Below, in pieces: positions 38,965-51,606 of a DNA stretch of 64,000 nucleotides. Both the position numbers and the translations under genes were made by a program. This stretch comes from Lepidodermella squamata. Its lineage: Eukaryota > Animalia > Gastrotricha. The notes beneath the pieces were generated by a model. That model did not search any database, was not told the DNA's origin, and saw nothing but the letters and a program-made list of their open reading frames with translations. The first letter of the stretch is position 1; every line of letters begins with the position of its first letter. Location: positions 3,038,001 to 3,102,000 of the forward strand of contig JBLDXI010000054.1 in assembly GCA_047495785.1 (NCBI GenBank), in the 5' to 3' direction.

Positions 38965-40473
38965 ATGAAATCTCCTATTGAAATTGAAGGAAATATTCTA
39001 ACCCCCGCTAAACAGAGGTCGAATTGCCACGGTATAACGAATCCGAAATGGATTTCATTGAAACTGGCATTTTTCTTCTGTCTCGGCTCTAACGCTGCTT
39101 TTATGCCATTTATTGTTCTTTTTCTTGCGACATACGGTTTGACGACGGACCAAATAGCTTGGGTCGAGTTGAGTTCTGTTGCTGCTGGGACCTTGGGAGG
39201 ATTTTTATGCGGGCCAATTGCCGATAAAACCTCACGGAAAATGGTTTTAATTTTCAGCATGCTGATTTATTCGATTCCGATATCGGCAATATTCCTGCTC
39301 CCCATGTGGAAATCGGATTTAGTTGAAAACTCGGCTGCTTTGAAAAATGAGGTACGTAACCACAAATTTATTCGTCGCAATATAAATGGTTTATTCATTT
39401 TTTCTGTCTCAGTCGGAAATCGTATACTTATATCGTTTATTTTGTCAATTTTAGTTGGATCCTAACAAATGGCTGTTTATCTGGAGTATCGTTCTGCGAA
39501 TCATTGGCTCCATAACAAATTACCCTGTTGTCGGCTTGCTTGATTCGATTGCCTACGATGTAATTGGAAGAGAGAATCGCGATTTATGGGGCATGCAACG
39601 AGCCTTTGGATCTTTGGCCACAGGCTTGAGTGCTGGAATAACTGGTATTCTAATCGAACTGGGTCACTCATTCAATGCCTGCCTGATCGTTTTCAACGTC
39701 CTAAGCTTCGGCTTTTTCATGACAGCCGTATTTGGATTGCCGAGCAGAGTTAATAAGCCGGAATCTAAACACGGAGCAAAATCGAAAAAGACTTTCTTGA
39801 AATCTCTGAAAACAATTTTCTCTTCGCCTATTTTTTGCGTGAATTTCATCGTTGCGATTGGCTGTGGTATTCTGCGGAGTTTTGTCTTAGTTTTATGGCC
39901 CCAATTTATGAAACAATTGACTGCGCCGAAGCTGTTATTCGGGATGCAGCCTGCTGTAATTTGCGTTTTCGAGGTTCCTGCTCTTTTTTTAGCTGGTCGA
40001 ATGATCAACAAAATTGGGGAGACTGGCTGCTTTCTAGTCATGTTTCTAGCATACGCCTTCCGTTTTGTAGCTACTTCATTTTTGACCCCTGATCTCGTGT
40101 GGCTATCGCTACCCATAGAGGTCTCTCATGTATTTTGTTTTGGGACCTACATGGCGGCGGCTACTAGGAGCGCGGCGACCACAGCCCCGCCTGAATTTTC
40201 TTCGACCGCTCTGGGTATCATATCAACGGCTTATGGCTGTGTTGGAAGGGGAGTGGTGTACTGCTAGGATCGTTTATTTTTCGTCTGTTCGGTGGAAAGA
40301 CGGCTTTTTTGACCTATGGCGCCTTCTCATTTCTTTGTTTCTGTTTGCTATTCATTGTTCAATTTGTTTATTTAAGATACCTCGATCATGGTCGCGTGGT
40401 CAGAGTGATAGATAAGATTGAATGTCCTGAGGAGGAAAAAATGTTAGCAAGCGACGGAGACAATGATTCTTAA
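38965..40473 (+). pseudogene. MFSD6-like copy 4: lacks the Cys-rich loop exons and has a 1-nt frameshift near 40254 (pseudogene or assembly error)
   Basis: Exon 1 (to 39351) joins directly to the TM4 exon (39455). GGA GTG GTG TAC TGC TAG versus paralogue GGT GTA GGA ATA CTG; the shifted frame continues as LLGSFIFRLFGGKTAFLTYG to a stop at 40473. Confidence 0.7.
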
Positions 40474-41495
40474 CTTGCATTTTATCAAGTAGCATTCAAA
40501 TGAATCCCTTCCGAAGCTTCATTAACTGTGGCTTACATCGTAACAGCAGATCGTTGCTATTTATTCATTGTCTTAATACATTTTTTTCGTTATACCGGCC
40601 ACGAATTTCTCAGGCGTGGAAAGATTTCGCACGTTCTTGGATAACGCATTTCTTGGAAAATATTTTTTTTAATACTTGACTCGGTAAAGTATGAATTATT
40701 CTGTTAGCTATTTTCAATGCGAAGCGAATAAATGTTTCATTTTTCAAAATTGGATGTTTTTAATTTCCTTGTCCGTTGCAATCTATCTTTCAGGAATTTG
40801 TTTAAATTTCGAATTAAAATAATTAGTTTATCAGGGATTATATTAACTGCATGTACATGATCTCCTGAAAAGTTTTCCTTGTGTTGTAGCGTGGAAACTA
40901 TGTATTTTAGCTGCAGTCCAATGGGTCAGTTTGAGGGTTAAGAAATACTGTAAAACCCCTTATTTTCGCGGTTTTTCGCGGTATTAAGTGACCGCGAATT
41001 TAAGATCCGCGAAAACCTGATTTTTTGTCTCTTTTACAAACTGTTTTTAAGAATTTTTCTTATCCCGCTCATTATTAGCTGTAAGCAGCCCCTATTTGCG
41101 ACATTGAAGATTCTGCGAAACACTCGAATTGAAATTATTTATTCAGCAGAATATATTGTTGAAAACTAATTGGTGTGCCTTGAAGTAAAAATGTGAAGTT
41201 AATTTATGCCCAACATCTTAATTCATTAAATTTCGAACTTATGCCGAACTCAATTCTACGAGTATTTTATATGCGTTATCGCCGGTCCGTTTGCAAGCTG
41301 AAATTCATATTACGATTCTATCACGTGTTGAGAGTGGGATTTTCTCTTGGTCAGCAGATCGCGTATAGACTATTTCAGCTGTCCTCCAGATATTCGCGTG
41401 CTTTTCATTATTTATCCCTGTAAAACAACAAGTATTCAATTGTCTCTTAATGAACGGCGTTTAATGACTCATTCAAAATTTACTCTCAGTTATAA

Positions 41496-43620
41496 ATGAA
41501 AACTACGGTGGAAATTGACGGGAATACTCCCAGCCGTGCTTCTACAAATCAACTGTCGACCTGCCATGGGGTAACGAATCCGAAATGGATTGCGTTGAAG
41601 TTTGCAGTTTCCTTCTTGAACGGCTCTAACGCGGCTTTTATGCCGTTTATTGTTCTATTTCTCGCGACTTACGGCTTGACGACGGACCAAATAGCATGCA
41701 TCGAGTTGAATGCAGTTATAGCTGGGATGATTGGCGGATTTTTAATCGGCCCTATTGCAGATAGAACCTCACGGAATCACGTTTTAGTGCTCAGCATCGT
41801 AATTTATTCGATCCCTATTTCAGGAATATTTCTCCTACCGTTATGGCAACCGGCAGTTGTTGAAAGTCCGGCTTTGTTAACTGTGAAGACGGGAAATAAC
41901 GCCAAGGTATATTTATCGTGCAGCCCGGTCCCCCGACTTCATTATTCTTGCATTAAAGGTGGAACTCTGCGACCAAAAATGGCTTAAAAACTGTTCCTCC
42001 CTCGCATTTAGATCGACTGAGCTGATGGTGCCTACTGTAAACACATCGGTTTGCTCTATTCATTGCCCTAATTTAGGTAAGGTTCCCTTCTTGCCTGATT
42101 TATTTGCAATTTTTTCGCCTATAGGAACGAACATTAACCCGCAATTTCTCGAAATTTTTCATATAAAAACAATTCCGAACTGCTCGAGTTACGGCGCGTC
42201 TTCAAGATTGATAGACGGTTCGGCGGCGCTGTTCAATTGCCGAGTGAAGTACACATATCACGATGATGAGGTAAGCTGAATATGGCTTGAAATGATCGGT
42301 AAGCTTACCCGCCCATATTTTTTCGCGGAATCAAATTTCGAATTTAAATTTTTTGAATTTTTCGGAATTCTACACTAAAATCTCTCGATACCACACTACG
42401 AGGCAAAATGAATCGGAAGACAATTTTAGGATCTTCTTTAAAATATTTCTTAGGGAAAATATCCATTGATATTTGAGCTCTGATTTTGTAATTTTACTCT
42501 CTATAAATTGAATTTGAGTTTGAATCCTTGTCATCGAAACTCATTTTAGACTGGTTTTTGCATACTCGAACAAATTGTTCTTAAAAACTGTTATTTTCAG
42601 CTTGATTTTAACAAACGATTCTTCAATTGGAGCTTCATCTTGCGAACCATTGGCTCACTAGCATTTTACCCAGTCTTCGGCCTTCTTGATTCAATCGCAT
42701 ACTCCGTCATCGGCACGGAAAATCGCGATTCATATGGCTCCCAGCGAGCCTTTGGAACGCTAGCCGCGGGCCTGAGTGCCGGAATAACCGGCATTTGGAT
42801 CGAATTGGACCACTCGTTTTACGGCTGCCTAATCATGTTCAACACTCTAAGCATCGGGTTACTCTTATCCGCTGTCTTTGGGCTGCCAAAGGGGAACAGC
42901 ACGGAGCCTGAGCATGTAAAACAATCAAAAGAAAGCGTTCTAAAATCTATGCAAATAATCTTTTCATCGCCTATTTTTTGCGTCAACTTCGCTGTTGCGG
43001 TCGGTTGTGGTATTATGCGTAGTTTTGTCCTCGTCTTGTCGCCTCAATTTTTGAAGCAACTCAACGCGCCGAAAATCCTATTCGGAATGCAGCCTGTTGT
43101 AATTTGCGTGTTTGAAGCGCCAGCTCTCTTCCTAGCTAGTCGAATGATCAACAAAATCGGGGAAATCGGCTGCTTTCTAGCCATGTTTCTATCTTACGCT
43201 TTCCGATTTGTAGCCACATCGTTCCTAACTCCTGATCTCGTTTGGTTATCGCTAGCCATTGAAAGCTCCCATGTGTTTTGTTTTGGGACCTACATGGCGG
43301 CGGCTACTAGGAGCGCGGCGACCACAGCCCCGCCTGAATTTTCTTCAACAGCCCAGGGCTTGATATCGAATGCTTACGGTTCGATTGGAAGGGGTGTAGG
43401 AATACTGCTGGGGTCCTTAGTTTATCATGAAATTGGAGGAAAGATGGCGTTTTTGAGCTATGGCGCGTTTTCTTTTCTTTGTTTCTGTCTGCTTTTGATC
43501 GGCCACTTGGTATTCCTCCGTTACTACCAGCCTGATAATGCTAGCCGGATCCTTGACAACCAGGAGGCCGAAAATCTGTTGACGAGAGATGCCGAAAAGG
43601 ATCCCAAGCTCCAGCAATAA
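41496..43620 (+). CDS. MFSD6-like MFS transporter, copy 5
   Basis: Four exons; YGSQRAFGTLAAG; C-terminal exon nearly identical to copy 7. Confidence 0.85.
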
Positions 43621-44122
43621 CAGTAAGAGTCGAGGAAATATTATTTCGATTACTGAATTTCTAAGGAACACAATGAAGAGTCGATGTCATAGTATTAGCT
43701 TTAATATAATTTCAATATTCAGCATTTTTCGTTATATTGATTATCGATTTTAAAAGCATTTACCCGATTCAGATTCGAAAAATTTAACAGAGTTGGACCG
43801 AGGCAAAAAGTTTAGAATTCGAATTTAAATTTTTTCATTCATTTGAAAGTTAGCACGAAATTCATGCTCTTTAATGATGATTTTATAGTAATTTATTTGG
43901 ATTACTTATGAAGACTTTTTTGTTTGAGGAGTTTTATTTCAGCTGTCCTCCCACAATGGCGGCGTAATATAAAATTGATAAATTTTCAACGACTTACTAC
44001 GGCATTCATTTTTTGTAATATAATATGCATTATTATTGCTGCTCTTGCCCCGAAATTACCGGCGCTTTATCGTTTATTCAGAAGTAGTGAACTCAGTTCG
44101 TTTGGCCATTTGAACCCTACAT

Positions 44123-44254
44123 ATGTCGAACTGCCACGGTTTAACTAATCCGAAATGGATTCCTATGAAACTTGCAATATTCTGCTTTTACGGCTCTAAC
44201 GCAGCTTTTATACCATTTATCGTTCTATTTCTCGCGATTTACGGCCTGACGACG
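44123..44254 (+). pseudogene. MFSD6-like copy 6: 5' fragment only
   Basis: MSNCHGLTNPKWIPMKLAIFCFYGSNAAF...GLTT, then an abrupt junction to unrelated GC-rich sequence. Upstream 43875-44120 duplicates 49262-49505. Confidence 0.8.
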
Positions 44255-44670
44255 GTGTATCTTTTGCTGTCGCTCCAGGTGCTGGTGTTCTGGGTGCTAT
44301 GGGTGCTCCGGGTGCCTCCGGACCTACTCTCGGTGCTGCTGCTCGTGCCGACGAAGCACCTGCAGCGACAGCAGAAGATACACCCTGCCGGATTGCTGCG
44401 CCCTGGTTGTTCCGGTCATTGTAATAGACTGTGTACTCATTAAACAACCCCCGTTATGTCGGCTGTGCAAAGCCAAGTGTTATTGCCATCCTATTTAATT
44501 GAGAAATGACATATTTTCGTGAATGCTGAACTAGGAAAGTATGAATTAATTGCTCATTTTTAGTTTCACCAAACAAATTGGCTCGTTTTCGAACTGGGCT
44601 GTTTTATGAGACAAGGACAAAATAAAAAGCTTTTCGTTTTTCGTTATGAATTTTCTTGGTTATACGCTCA

Positions 44671-45200
44671 GGGAGCATCCATAAATAACGTCACGCTCAA
44701 AATCGCGATTTTTCGACCCCTCCCCCCTTGATGTCACAAAAGCTGACCCTCCCCCCTCTACCCCGATGTCACAGCCTATAGTCACCCCTTTTCTCGTGAA
44801 AAATAGTAACATTTTTTATACTCTTCCGCAACTAACCAGGAAAAACCTATCATCCGATTATCAGACGCATTAGCAATTGAATTGAGTTGTTCTTTGTTTA
44901 CTTTCCGTGTGTCGAATGCACACCTCACATGACGCAACGCCTGTTCTTCAACCGGCATTAGTGCGCTCATCTTGTCTCATTTCACACTCAGAAAACATTT
45001 TAAAAGAATAAGAATATGCAGATGAGTAAGATAGTACGCTTTGCGTTGTTTCACAAATGGGATGCGGTTTTGGCGTTTATTAAGAATAAACTCTTGTCAC
45101 GCCACGTCAGACCCCCTCCGTCTCATGTCACACTTTCGCTGACCCCTCCCCTCCCCCCCCCCCCCCCCCTCGGAGCGTGACGTTATTTATGGATGCTCCC
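44671..45200. mobile_element. PIF/Harbinger-type MITE (530 bp)
   Basis: Perfect 28-bp TIR GGGAGCATCCATAAATAACGTCACGCTC; 3-bp TSD TCA on both sides; subterminal GACCCCTCCC and TGTCAC repeats. Confidence 0.9.
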
Positions 45201-45411
45201 TCATACTTTAAAGTGAGGAATGTTGGAAAATTGAAGGTTGGGCAACTGATTCTGCTTTAACACTGGGTTCGCCTGGCATGAGCCAAGTAATAATCACCCC
45301 GGCGGAATTCTTCTCCATGCCCGTTCGTTAAATTGTTTTGTTGTAATGTTGAACCCAGTGATATTGAAAACTAATTTGTAAGACTTGGTGTGAAAACATG
45401 AAATAAAGATA

Positions 45412-46022
45412 CCGTATTTCTCGAAAATATACGACACACCTGTATATATCCCCGCTCCCTAATACAACCCGACGAAAAAATCGTTTGTTCATATTTAACC
45501 CAGGCCTCGAAATTGTACCACAGCTATTTTAATTTGGGCGAAGCATGCGTTGGAACAAAAGAAAAGCCTTATTAATGACGCATTATCGTAATCAGTGATT
45601 AGCTATCGCGTAAGCAGCTTCGCAACGTCTGATCTTGGCACCATTCATAAGCCAGCAGAAAATGCCCATTCAGCATTCACTAGCTGAGACACAGAGTTTT
45701 ATTTTAACATTTTCATATCCTTCTTAATCGTTTTAACCTTCTGGAATCGATGATGGCTGGCTCTCCTGATCGTCTTCAAGATTCCGTCCAGGTGTCCGAA
45801 GAAGACAAGCGAAAGCGGCACCGCAAGTATTCCCTCGCATTTTCACTGAATCGACAAATAAAACAATCTAAAAACGTCGTCTTAATACGAATTGCTCGCG
45901 GCTTTTTGTGATGATTCGCAATTAAACAGCACACCCGTATATATCCCCACTCCCTAATACAACCCGAATCAAAAATCATTTGTTCATAAATATAGCCCGC
46001 GGTAAATTTTCGAGAAATACGG
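45412..46022. mobile_element. Tc2/pogo-like MITE (611 bp)
   Basis: TIR CCGTATTTCTCGAAAAT; TA TSD; internal ~55-bp direct repeat at ~45434 and ~45930. Confidence 0.88.
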
Positions 46023-46254
46023 TATGCCTAATATCCTAATTCACTGACGGTCATATGCGTATTTTGCGGCACTGTCGGTTGGTTCGTTTGCAAGCTGAAG
46101 TTCAAATGGCGATTTCTTTTGTCAACATATCATGTATTAACTATTTCAGCTGTCCCCCCACATATTCGCGCGCTTTTCATTACTTATCACAATTAAATAA
46201 CAACTATTCCTTTGTCCGGTCTAAGCGCTTTACAAAATTATCTCTTGTTTGTGA

Positions 46255-48602
46255 ATGAAGGAAATTGACGGGAATATTCCTGCATCTAAAATTCAACTGT
46301 CAACCTACCACGGTGTAATGAATCCGAAATGGATTGCGTTGAAGCTTGCCGTTTCTTTCTTTTATGGCTCCAGCGCTGCTTTCACGCCGTTTATCGTTCT
46401 ATTTCTGGCGACTTATGGACTGACAATGGATAAAATAGCCTGGGTCGAGCTGAGTTCAGTTGCTGCTGGGACCTTGGGCGGATTTTTATGTGGTCCTATT
46501 GCTGATAGAACCTCGCGGAATCACGTTTTAATACTCAGTATCATAATTTATTCGATCCCGATAACTGGAATATTTCTTCTACCGTTATGGCAACCGGTAG
46601 TTTTTGAAAGCCCGGCTTTGTTAACGATGAAGACGGGAAATCACTCAAAGGTATGTTCAATGAGCGGTCCGATCCTCCGACTACTCCTTTTTTCCTTTGC
46701 AATTTTATTATTTTTATTAAAGAAAAACGCGTTTATTTTTTCATGATTATCAGCGTATTCATTTTATTCATTTTCTTACTTTTTTCTAACTAAGGATTTA
46801 CTTGATCTTCGAAGGTTCGCTGTATGCGAATACGAAACCCGAATTGGATGAATTATGTATGAAACCCGAATTGGATGAATTATGTATGTATACATAATTC
46901 ATCCAATTCGGGTTTTGTATGTATACATAATTCATCCAATTCGGGTTTTGTATGTATACATAATTCATCCAATTCGGGTTTCGTATTCGCATACAGCGAA
47001 CCTTCGAAGATCAAGTAAATTCTTAGTTAGAAAAAAGTAAGAAAATGAATAAAATGAATACGCTGATAATCATGAAAAAATAAACGCGTTTTTCTTTAAT
47101 AAAAATAATAAAATTGCAAAGGAAAAAAGGTGTATTATTCTTGGATTTTAGGTTGAAATCTGCGATCAAGAATGGCCCAAAAACTGTTCTTCTCTGGCGT
47201 TCAGATCGACTGAACTGATGGTGCCTAATCAAAAAGCCTCGGTTTGCTCTATTTATTGCTTCAATCTAGGTAAGGTTCCCTTCTTGCATGATTCATTTGA
47301 CATTTTTTCGTGTTTAGGAGCAAGCATTGACCCGAAATTCCTCGAAATTTCTCACAAGAAAACGATTCCAAACTGTCCGAGTTACGGATCGTCTTCAGGA
47401 TTGTTTGAAAATTCGGCAGCCTTGCAGTTCATTTGCCGATTGAAGTACACAGAACACGAAGATGAGGTAGGCTGAATATGGCGTGAAAATGAATTTGCTC
47501 AATTTAACATGGAAATTTATTTCACACTGATTTTTGCATACTCGTTACAAGTTGCTATCGCCCAATTTTTCAGCTCGATTTCAACAAACAATTCTTCATT
47601 TGGAGCTTCATCTTGCGAACCGTTGGTTCATTAGCATTTTACCCCGTCTACGGCCTTCTCGATTCAATCGCTTACACCGTCATCGGCAATGAGAATCGCG
47701 ATTTATGGGGCACACAACGGGCCTTTGGAACGCTAGCTGCTGGCCTGAGTGCCGGAATAACCGGCATTTGGATCGAATTGGACCACTCATTTTACGGCTG
47801 TCTAATCATTTTCAATATTCTAAGCATCGGGTTATTCATAACTGCAGTCTTTGGATTGCCGAAGGGCAACAGTACGGAGCCTGAGCATGTGAAACAATCA
47901 AAAGAGAGCGTTCTAAAATCTATGAGAATCATTTTTTCATCGCCTATTTTTTGCGTCAATTTCGCTGTTGCGATCGGTTGTGGCATTATGCGCAGTTTTG
48001 TTTTGGTCATGTCGCCTCAATTTTTGAAGCAACTCAACGCGCCGAAAATCCTATTCGGAATGCAGCCTGTTGTAATTTGCGTGTTCGAAGCGCCAGCTCT
48101 CTTCCTAGCGAGTCGAATGATCAACAAAATCGGGGAAATCGGCTGCTTTCTAGCCATGTTTCTATCTTACGCTTTCCGATTTGTAGCCACGTCGTTCCTA
48201 ACTCCTGATCTCGTTTGGTTATCGCTAGCCATTGAAAGCTCCCATGTGTTTTGTTTTGGGACCTACATGGCGGCGGCTACTAGGAGCGCCGCGGCCACAG
48301 CCCCGCCTGCATTTTCTTCAACAGCCCAGGGCTTGATATCGAATGCTTACAATTCGATTGGAAGAGGCGTGGGTATATTGCTAGGGTCCTTAGTTTATCA
48401 TGAAATTGGAGGAAAGGTAGCATTCTTGAGCTATGGCGCGTTTTCTTTTCTTTGTTTCTGTCTGCTTTTGATCGGCCACTTGTCATGCCTTCGTTACTAC
48501 CAACCTGATAATGCTAGCCGGATCCTGAGCGACAGCCAGGAGGCCGAAAATCTGTTGACGAGCGATAGCGAAAAGGATTGCAACCTTCAACAAAACCAAT
48601 AA
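46255..48602 (+). CDS. MFSD6-like MFS transporter, copy 7
   Basis: Four exons, sister of copy 5; intron 1 is enlarged by a foldback insertion. Confidence 0.85.
46684..47132. mobile_element. Near-perfect palindromic (foldback) MITE in intron 1 of copy 7
   Basis: About 175-bp near-perfect inverted arms around 27-33-bp internal repeats (AAACCCGAATTGGATGAATTATGTAT); TA on both flanks; absent from the matching intron of copy 5. Confidence 0.9.
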
Positions 48603-48811
48603 GAACAGAAGAGGAAATATTTTTTTCGATTACTGGACAGGAGATAATTGAGGAGGTAATAAACGGTCGATGTCTTAGTATTAGTTTAATAAAATGTCAA
48701 TGTTCAAGGAGATTAGAATTTTTCGTTTTATGGATTTTCAATTTTGAACAATTTGACAGAGTTAGATTGAGGCAGAAATTATACAATTCGAATTTCAAAG
48801 TTTTTAATTTA

Positions 48812-49237
48812 TAGTTTCAGGCCAAAAAGGTCGCTAAAGCAAAGGCTGAAATTCTGAAGTTGTCACTATTTCAACCTGATTTCCGAAAAACCAGACTCTT
48901 CATAGGGCGAGTAGGAAGACTTGTTGGGTTCCTCCACCGCTAGTTTTTACTTTTTCGCCGGCATCACTGATTTGTTAGAAGAAAATGTAGGGCTTTTCTA
49001 TGAAAGTGCTAAGTGCCACGTGTGACATGCGCAAAAATACCGAGTTCGTTATAGCAAATGTGTCTAAGGGGTGTTTTGCTGCTGCGGCGCCAGCTCTAAA
49101 CGTTCGTTATAGAAAGAAGTTCGCTATGGCTGAGGTTCTTTGCATACTAAAGTGCCTATTTTGGAACGAGCCAACCAAATCGTTCGTTATAGCAAAAGTT
49201 CGCTACAACACCGGTTCGTTATAGCTAAGTTGCACTG
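48812..49237. mobile_element. Truncated pogo/Tigger-like element (right end only)
   Basis: Ends ...TTCGTTATAGCTAAGTTGCACTG|TA with repeated TTCGTTATAG motifs. Absent from the duplicated region after copy 5. Left boundary is approximate. Confidence 0.55.
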
Positions 49238-49506
49238 TATTTGATAGGGTGCAAAAAATGCATGATGATTTTAATAGTAATTTATTTGGATTATACTTAT
49301 GAAGACTGTTTTGTTTGTGCAGTTTTATTTCAGCTGTCCTCCCACAATGGCGGTGTTATATAAAATTAATAAATTTTCAACGGCTTACTACGGCATTCAT
49401 TTTTGGAAATATGATATGCGTTATTATTGCTGCTCTCGCCCCGAAATTACCGGCGTTTATTCATAAGTAGTTAATTCAGCTCGTTTGGCCAATTTGAACC
49501 CTACGC

Positions 49507-51400
49507 ATGTCGAACTGTTACGGTTTAACTAATCCGAAATGGATTCCTATGAAACTTGCAATATTCTGCTTTTACGGCTCTAACGCGGCATTTCTGCCAT
49601 TTATTGTTTTATTTTTCGCGACTAACGGCCTTACAACAGATCAAATCGCATGCATCGAGTTGAGTGCAGTTATAGCTGGGACAATTGGCGGATTTTTATG
49701 CGGCCCCATTGCTGATAGAACCTCACGGAATGCCGTTTTAATGTTCAGCATCCTAATTTATTTGATTCCGATGTCAGCAATATTTCTCCTACCGTTTTGT
49801 ACTCATGGATACGTTGAAAGCCCGGCTGAATTGTCCATGAAGATGGAAAACTACAAGAAGGTGTGATTTATTAGTAATTTAGATGAGTAATTTGTTATTT
49901 TCCAATTTTAAGATGGAAATTTGCGGGGAAGAATTTGTTAAAAACTGCTCCTCCATAGATGATATGTTACTGCCCAATCGAAACGACTCAGCCTGCACTA
50001 TTTACTGCCCAAAACTAAGTAGGAATTGGCTTATGTTTTAAAATTTTGAGACAACAAACTTTTTTTCAGGAGCGAGAACTCATTCAGATGCTAATAAAAC
50101 GGCACTGAACTGCTCAAATTACGATCGAGCTGGATTCGATTGCAAAGCGAAATACTTGGATCAAGAGAAATCGGTAAGCATTTGAATTTTGAATTTTAAA
50201 TTTTTTTTTAAACTTTTTCGAATTTTGAATCTTCGAATTTTTAAAATTTAAAATTTTAAAATTTTTTTTTAAATTTGAATTTTTTATATCAATCAAAAGT
50301 TATTTTTTAATCGTTGGCACTCATCTTCAAAAAATCGTTTTTTAAGAATTTTATTCGATTTTACATTTTTTGATAAGTTATTCTATTTAATTTTCCAGGT
50401 TGACTTCAACAAGCGGTTTTTTATTTGGAGCCTAATTTTGCGAATTATTGGCTGTTCAACAAATTGCCCAGTTGTCGGCCAGCTTGATTCGATTGCTTAC
50501 GACGTTCTTGGTAAGGAAAACCGAGATTTATGGGGCATGCAGCGAGCCTTTGGAACGCTAGCCTGGGGCTTGAGTGGCGGAATAACTGGCATTTTAGTCG
50601 AATTATATCACTCATTCAACGCCTGTCTGATCATTTTCGACGTTCTCTGCATCGGCCTACTGCTAACTGTCATTTTTGGACTGCCAAAGCAGAGCAAGCT
50701 GGAATATGATCACGTGACCAATTCGAAAAAAACCGTTTTAAAATCTCTGAAAATTATCTTTTCATCGCCTATTTTCTGTGCGAATTTCGCTGTTGCGATC
50801 GGTTGTGGGATTATGCGTAGTTTTGTCATGGTTTTATGGCCTCAATTTATGAAGCAACTCAACGCGCCGAAACTTTTATTTGGCATGCAGCCTGTTGTAT
50901 CATGCGCGCTAGAAATTCCAGCTCTCTTCCTAGCTAGTCGAATGATCAACAAAATCGGAGAAATCGGCTGCTTTCTAGTCATGTTTGCAGCATACGGTTT
51001 TCGTTTCATTTCGACATCTTTTCTAACCCCCGATCTCGTTTGGCTGGCGATGCCTATTGAAATCTCTCACGTGTTCTGTTTCGGGACTTACGCAGCAGCG
51101 GCAACTCGGAGCGCCGCCGCCACAACCCCGCCTGAATTTTCCTCAACAGCCCAGGGCTTGATATCAGGCGGTTACAATAGCATAGGAAATTGCTTGGGAA
51201 TAATTTTGGGCTCTTCGATTTTCCGGCTAATTGGAGGAAAAATGGCGTTTTTGACCTATGGAGCCTTTTCCTTGACGTGTTTCTCCCTTCTATTGATAAT
51301 TCACTTGGCTTACTTAAGGCACTACAAGTCCAAAGAAGAAATCTCATCAGAGGAAGAAAATTTGATATCTGATGGTGAAAAGTTATCGTCAACTACATAA
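49507..51400 (+). CDS. MFSD6-like MFS transporter, copy 8
   Basis: GPIADRTSRN and WGMQRAFGTLAWG; shorter Cys-rich loop exons. Confidence 0.85.
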
Positions 51401-51606
51401 ATTAGACTATTTTGCTATTTTCTAAATTCTTATCAATTTTGATCTTGATAAGGCTTAAGTTCAGTAAAAGATTCTCGGTTTAAGCTTTGTTGTTTGATAT
51501 ATGCTCATGACTCACTCATTTATTAATTCAGCTGTCAAGAACAACTGTGGGTATCCACCCTTTTGTCAACTCAATGCCATAAATTTTCGTCATTAAAAAT
51601 CGCATT

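Noticed and set aside
40948-41015. Possible MITE end (TA-CTGTAAAACCCC...TTTTCGCGG repeats)
   Set aside because: No matching opposite terminus was found; at most a fragment.
46798-46992. Repetitive ORF (NPNWMNYVYIQ)n
   Set aside because: It is the translation of the internal repeats of the foldback element.
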